Assembly (NCBI RefSeq): GCF_009914755.1
Contig: NC_060941.1
From: the human T2T-CHM13v2.0 reference genome, Homo sapiens
Direction: 5' to 3' (one strand)
Length of the DNA: 64,000 nt
Shown: in pieces, positions 38,304-64,000 of the stretch
How positions within the stretch are numbered: the stretch's first letter is position 1
How the letters are laid out: each line of letters opens with the position of its first letter
Notes under the pieces: model-generated
Told to the model about the DNA's origin: nothing
What the model saw: only the letters and a program-made list of their open reading frames with translations
Databases searched by the model: none
Made by a program: the position numbers and the translations under genes

Positions 38304-39891
38304 GGATGGTCTTGGGTGTCAATTCTTGAAAATGTGTATTTGAAGAAAAAGTAAATTTCGCCTACTGTTGTCAGATATTAGCAGTCCAGATATTCGCTCT
38401 AGCTTGTAAACTTCCCTGTGGTCAGCCTAAGCTCTTAACCCCCTATTCTACAGCTTTAGACTGAAGGCAAAAGCTCAAAGCATTTAAGGCCTCCTCAATT
38501 TCGGCCCCTGCTGCTCTGTGCTCTGTTCCTTGGTGTAGCTTTGTTCCAGCTCCTGCAGCATTGCACCATTCCTAACCACAACCTTAACAGCATGTAGGGC
38601 CCCATACTCTAGGCCCCATCTTGCTGTCTTCCTGTGTTGGAATCTTGCCTACCAAGGCCTGTCAAGAGGGTCCTCCCCCATACTGTTTGCCCACAAGGTT
38701 CAAGAGTGATTGGCTCCCAGTCTTCCTGGACTGAACTACTTGGATCTAGGGGTTGCCTGTTATTTAGAAGAGATCCCTTAACTGGTAGGGCCCTTTCAGT
38801 AGGACAGTATTTGGGTAAGGGGAGGGTATAAGATGAGAACCTTTGCTAAGTTAGGTTCCTTTGGGAGCCTCCAGTTTGTTTCTCCCTCTCCCCAGCCATC
38901 TTGTTGGATCTGCCAAGGGATTGGACTCCTTCATTGTCCTAGGTTTTTAAGGTTTTAAAGCCCACCTTCTGCAGTCGGTTTTCTGGAATGTGTTGGTGGA
39001 TTACTTAAGAGTTATGGGGAAAGAGTTCTTACGGCCTGTCTAGGTCAGTGAAGTCATACTGGCAAGTGACAAGAAGGAAGCCAGGTTTGTCACTTACCCT
39101 GCATGCTAAGGACATCAGAGCCCACATAGAAGTCTGGTAGTTTTTCAGCCAGCAGTGGGTAGGGAAGGTGGATAGGGGATTTCTGAACAGGACTTTATGC
39201 CTGTATGCATGGGCACCATGTCTGTCCTGAGCACTACCACATGGCATCGTAGGCTGCTCTGTCAAAGGATATAGCGATAGCTGGTCCTATGGGCAGATGC
39301 CTAGAATCAAGGTGGGCCTCAGAAATAGGGCTGGGTCTCCATAAGGAGGTAGGCCACGTTCAGTCCACCCCTAGCATAGATGGAACTGGGGTCTCGGGCA
39401 ACCAGGAGTTACAGGAATTTTGCTAAAGATTCCCACCTTCCTTGAGTGGGGACACATTCCTCTGGTTGGAGCTTGTTCCCCTAAATGAAAAATGTAATGC
39501 AGTACATGTAGGGGCCCTACTGTATTCTTTTTCTGGGGGAAAGCTCTTGGTGTTCACAATGGCTCAGGCTTACAGTACCTCCAGCCATGTGCCCATTTCC
39601 ACAAGTCTTTGGGGAAGGCCATGAGCTGAGCTGAGAGGGTTCTCTGGGGCCTGGGATGACTTAAGAACCAAATGGCAGATAATGGGATAGGGGGCAGATG
39701 CAGAGGACCAACGGGAAGTTTTAACACAAATCCCCTTCCCCAGATGCTATGGTTTGCCTTTCTGTAGGTGGGTGGCCCAGGCCAATTTTTGGCAATATCC
39801 TTAACCCACCTGATAGGAGAAGCGCCCTCCCCTGCCTGCCTTGCCCATTCTACCCAACAAGGACTCCCTGGTGAGGCCCTTCACTTCCATG

Positions 39892-58676
<18,785 letters not shown>

Positions 58677-61600
58677 CTGCAAGAGCAAAGGATGCCCAGA
58701 GGTCAGGGCTGGCTGCCCACCCAGCTCGCCCACCATCCCCAAGAGAAGTAGGCACAGACCCCTAGAGGCGACTCTGCCTCCCAGAGCCCCGGTGGGGAGC
58801 ATCTGCAGAACTTCCCTCAGGGGCTGGGGCAGGCCTCTCCTGTTTGTCTTTGCCTCCAAGTTGAGGAAGAGCAGGGACTGGCCTCTGCAGGCTCTGCAGT
58901 TTGTGCAGGTCCTGGCTTGTGGCCCTCTCCTAGGACAGCCCCTGACCTTTGTCTCTCTGGTTTTCCAGAGGAGGAAGCCAAGGGTGGCCTGCCTCGGTGC
59001 AAGCAGCTGCTTCTCTATGGTGGCAAAATTTGGAATTAACTGCCTTGTGACAGGATGGTTTAATGATATTTATTTGTGTTTTCTTCCTGCTTCTGACGTT
59101 GTTTTTACTGCTCCTTCTGTAGCCGATGCAGCCTCAGTGTTCCTTTGCCTTGGGGGTTTCTGAGTGGTGGGGTTGTAAGCAGATCCTGCCAGGCACCCAG
59201 AAGGAAACCTCATCAGGACTCCCTCAGAAAGGTACTGAGTGGAATCTTCCCGATGGGAGGGGAGCAGCTTGGAGGCGAGTGCTACTAAGTGTGGTGGGGC
59301 CGCGGCAGAAACCGCTGGAGCAGAGCTTCCCTGGGTCTGAGGAAGGAATTGGGTTTGGGGGCTCAGGACACACCACCCCAGAATATGGTACCCTGGCATC
59401 TGAGGAGGCAGCTGACACAGGAAGGTCTCTCTGACTGCTGTTCTCCCCCAAAGCAGGCCCTGAAGAATCCTGTGACCTTCATCTAAAGTAGGTCATGAGA
59501 CCCCTGAGCTTAAAACGGAGTGATCGGCTTTGGAGAAGTAAGGAGACATGACGTGCCTGCCCTGGGGTGGGGACTAAACTTCGTGCCACTCCACGTGAAA
59601 GGGGGAGGTACGCCTGCTCCCTTTCCTCAAGCCCCCCCCTCCCAATTTCTGCCATCCTTGGGTATGAGCTACACGACAGTCCCTGACCCTAGCTTGGTGC
59701 CCTGCACAGACCAGGCAATGCTGACATTCCCATCCGGAGACTGTCCTCACACCATCCTGGGGAACATGAGACATCCCTGGGTAGGGAGGCAAAGCAGGCC
59801 CACCCACTGCAGGCTGTCCTCATTCTGGGGGCTCCCACAGCTGCCCCAGCACAGCCCAGAGAAAGGCTCCCAGCCCAGGTGGCTGGGGTCCAGTGCCCTG
59901 GGGACGGGACGTCTGGGCAGGGAATGTGTGGGTAACCAGCTGAGTTTGCTCCTTGTCATTTTGTTTGTATTCTGAACTTTTAAAATACCTTCCCCACATG
60001 ATTCTTAGAAATCCCTGGAAGGCACGCAGGCTGGACATCATCATATATTCTCTACAGATGGAGACACCAAGGCCCACGCCTTCTGTGCTGTTGGAATTTC
60101 AGGAAGGATGGGGGTGGGGCACGGCCTCAGCCCTGGGCATGTTCTGCAGATTGCACTGCTCTTATCTGCCAGGGGGTGGTGAGAGGGTGGCTGAGCTGGA
60201 CAGATGGCGGGCAGGGACGGGCTCTGCGGTCTGGCAGCTGACATTGATACAAGCAAATAAAGAGTCTTTGCTGGGGGCTCTGGAGGGCCTGGGTGTCATG
60301 CCTGGGGGTGGGAGGAGCCTCTTGTGGGGAGCCCCTTGGAGCCCAACTGCCAGCCAGGTCCTACCTGCCGTGGTTAGGGGGCACTCTGCCCCCACCCTCA
60401 TTAACGCCTCAGTGAGGACACAAGAGGCCAGTTGTGAGGGCTGTTTTCCATATGGCAGGAATGAACCTTGGAGGCGAACTGCCAGGTCCTGTGCCAGGCT
60501 CTCTGGCTGCTGAAAAAATTTGCTGGGAACCAGGACCTGGGGGCTCAAGGTCTGTCATGGATGCAGTCAGGGGAGGCTTCTGAAGCACTGGCTGGTACAG
60601 GTTCTAGAGCTGCACCCCCTTGTAGAAGCAGGTACAATACCCGCCTTTGACCTCTGGCCCTGCCCTGGCTTTTTCAATCCCTCAGCCAGGGCTGCATCCT
60701 GAAGCAAGCAACCTGACAATGCTAAGCCTCAGTTTCCTCATCTGTAAAACGGGGACAGTGACCCCAGCATCACAAGGAGGCAAGGGGAACAAGACCAAGT
60801 GTTACATGTAAAGCCTCTGGCAGGGAACAGAGAAAGCAGCAGTGCCCTTTCTACTACATTTCTGCCCCCTCCTCCCTGGAAGGCCCGTCCTCACCTTCTG
60901 CAGGGGTTCTCGATCTCCTGGACCACAGACCCAATTGAGAATGTGTCAAAAGCCATGAGCTCTCTCCCTAGAAAAATTCTGGAGTCAGGGCTGGGCGGGG
61001 ACCTGAGCACACAGAGTCCACACTGGCCTCATGGTCAGGAGGGTGTGTCAGAGCCGTGTGGACACGAGGGACCCCGGGACACAAACTATCACCCACTAAT
61101 GTGCAAAATCACAGCCCTGCCCTCCCTGAGGCGGGAGGAAGCTGGGGACACAGGAAGGCCGAAAGTCAAAGGACTTGTGTTCTACGGTCTCAGAGGGCCT
61201 GTGTGGTCAAACGAGCTGTGGCCCAGTGCCTGGTTTGCCAGCCAGTCCCTGCCTACAGCTTGAGGCTCCCCTTCCTGGGGACAGGGAGCTGGAGAAGGAG
61301 GGCAGATGAGGTGGAAACAGAGGGGTGGTTATTCCCATGGTCAGAGGCTGCACTGGTGGCCACGGGGAGGAGGCCAGAGGCATGGAGCTATTTTTCTTTT
61401 ACACTCGGTCGAGCAGGCTGGGCTGCTCCTCTGTGGTTGGCAACTTAATGCCAGCCTCTATGCCTCCTCTGCTTTGCCCCTGGGCACCCCTCTCCTCTGT
61501 GAGCACCCCTGGCACCTAGTGGTCTCCCCCTTACAATTGTCCCTGCAGTCTGTCCCTAAATGACCCTGGGAAATAGCACTGGATTTTAGGCCCTGGCCAG

Positions 61601-63139
61601 CCCCAACTCGCTGTAAGTCTGTGGCAAGAGACTTCCCTCTTGGGATTCATTTCCCTATCTGTGAAATGGGCAGATGAACCACACTAGTGGTTATTAAACT
61701 GTGTTCCAAGATCTTGAGGCTGACGGTCAGGGGCTGCGGTAGACGAGAGAGGTGAGAGGAACCAGCAGGGCTGTGGGCTGCAGCTCTTACAAAGCAGCTC
61801 CTGGTTACAAACAAATGAACGCAGTTCTGTTCCAAAGAAAAGCTTGAAAGCCCTGGACCAGATGACTGCCTGGGTTTCTTGTGTTCCTACCAGCCCTGCC
61901 CCATCTTCCTGGACCCCCTACATCTCCAAGCTAGTCTAGGCCATCCCTGGAAGGACCAAGAAAATCCCAGTTGCCAACCCAGGAGGTTGGGCAGGTCTGT
62001 GAAGATGCCAAATGTCCTTTCCGGAGCCCACTCCCCTGCCGTCTCCCCGCGCCATCCCCCTGGTTGCCCAGCTGCTGACTGTGGCTCTGCCTCTCTGGAG
62101 CACTGTCTGGGTTCATGTGGTTGTTGCTTAGGAGGGGAAAAGGAGTGTAGAGGCAGGATGGGAGGGAAGGAGGAGGGTCTCCTAGAAAGGCAGCTCAGGG
62201 TCACTGTGAGTCACGGCCAACACCGGCCCGCCCTGTGAATTCCAGCTGGGGTGGGGCTCCCCAAGGTCCCAGGGCTACAACAGGGAAAGCCAGATAGAGG
62301 CTGGCCAAAGGCCATGGCACACATTATTGCTTTATTGCTTTATTTCAACCCCACCTAGGCCCACAGGATGCTTGTGCTAACTGAGGGCACTTCATAGTCC
62401 TGAGGACCTTGGGCTACTTCCTGCCTCCTTGATGTCCTCTCCATCCCCCCTCCCCTAAGCCAGGCTATTGGAGATGATGGTGTCACCAGCTGCTGGGACT
62501 ACCCACAGGGCTGGGTGTGAGGGAGGAGAGGTCACCAGATCCTCAGGTGTCTCAGGAGGCTGCAGCCTGGGCCACAGCCCTGGGAATGGGCTCCTTTCAG
62601 ACTCGGCACCCATGGCCTGCCCTCCTTCTCAGGAAGACACAGAATGGGGGTAGGCACACAAGGCCTGCTGCATGTGCAAGGGAAGTGGAAGAATCAGATC
62701 CAGGTGTGGTCCCTGCAGCCCCTCCTGTGCACTGTACTAGTCTTGGAGGGGCTGGTTTGTCTTAAAAAGCACAAGGCATTGAGGACAATCCCATTTTCCT
62801 CATGATAGGTCTAAACGGTACCACCTCTAGGAACTGTGCCTGTGGACAGTTCCTCATCAGGATGTCTGGGAACACCAGCAGGTGCACCTGAGTCACTGCT
62901 GGTGGGGAGTGACGCTCGGAGAGTGTGGCTGGCCTGACACCGAGTCACTCTCGGCTCCCTTTCCGAGCTGCCGGACCCAGCACACAGCAGCACACGGCAT
63001 TTCAAAGAAGGGGGCCCTACATAACTGGAGCTTGGATAAACAGGTCTGGGGACTCGCTGCAATGGGAAGAGATGATGGGCTTGGGAATAGGGGTGCATGT
63101 TTCCAAAAAGTGAGTAGAGATTTACACAGGGCAGTCAGA

Positions 63140-63643
<504 letters not shown>

Positions 63644-64000
63644 TGAATGTAACAGCTGGCATTTTGCATTCACGTGTGTGCAAGGTAATGGCATGGAGTG
63701 TACATGATCACTGCCACTCACTCGTTGATGCCTCCCCACAGTTGGACTCACACCTTCACTCTGTATTCCTGTGCAGTAGGGAAGTCACCCAGTACATGTT
63801 TCCCCCCAGGAGGAATACACAGATGCTTTCTCTTCTGAGCTCTGGCCTCCCTGAGAATTCCTTCATGTTGATGACACACCTGAAGACAACCTGGCTCAAC
63901 AGAAACTCCCTGCAAAATATCGCAGACTTGGCTACCCTCTGACTTTCAGTCCTGCAGATGAGAATGAGGCTATCTGATTTTTGTTTCTTTAGCTGCTTGT

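Overview
Human (primate) genomic DNA, recognisable as the TRPV2 - SNHG29 - LRRC75A locus (17p11.2 by recall). (1) The complete TRPV2 gene is on the + strand: non-coding exon 1 plus 14 coding exons, which I joined by hand to 2295 nt = 764 aa + stop. (2) The 5'TOP snoRNA host gene SNHG29 (LRRC75A-AS1) is on the + strand and carries intronic C/D snoRNAs SNORD49B, SNORD49A and SNORD65. (3) The last three coding exons of LRRC75A are on the - strand, convergent with SNHG29; its first exon lies beyond the window. The rest is Alu-dense, with L1, L2/MIR, LTR and DNA-transposon remnants, a retroposed U2 fragment and several low-complexity tracts. Almost all ORFs in the supplied track are Alu or low-complexity artefacts. 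I find no new multi-gene system. The most interesting sequence-level observations are: a candidate TRPV2 branch point supplied by a MADE1 mariner end; a 124-codon spliced uORF stopping 1 nt before the TRPV2 ATG; a GC-AG intron with a NAGNAG acceptor; a shared scaffold between SNORD49A and SNORD65; a dual-frame LRRC75A last exon; a triplicated target-site duplication; and a dense E-box cluster. Repeat family names and repeat boundaries are from recall and are approximate.
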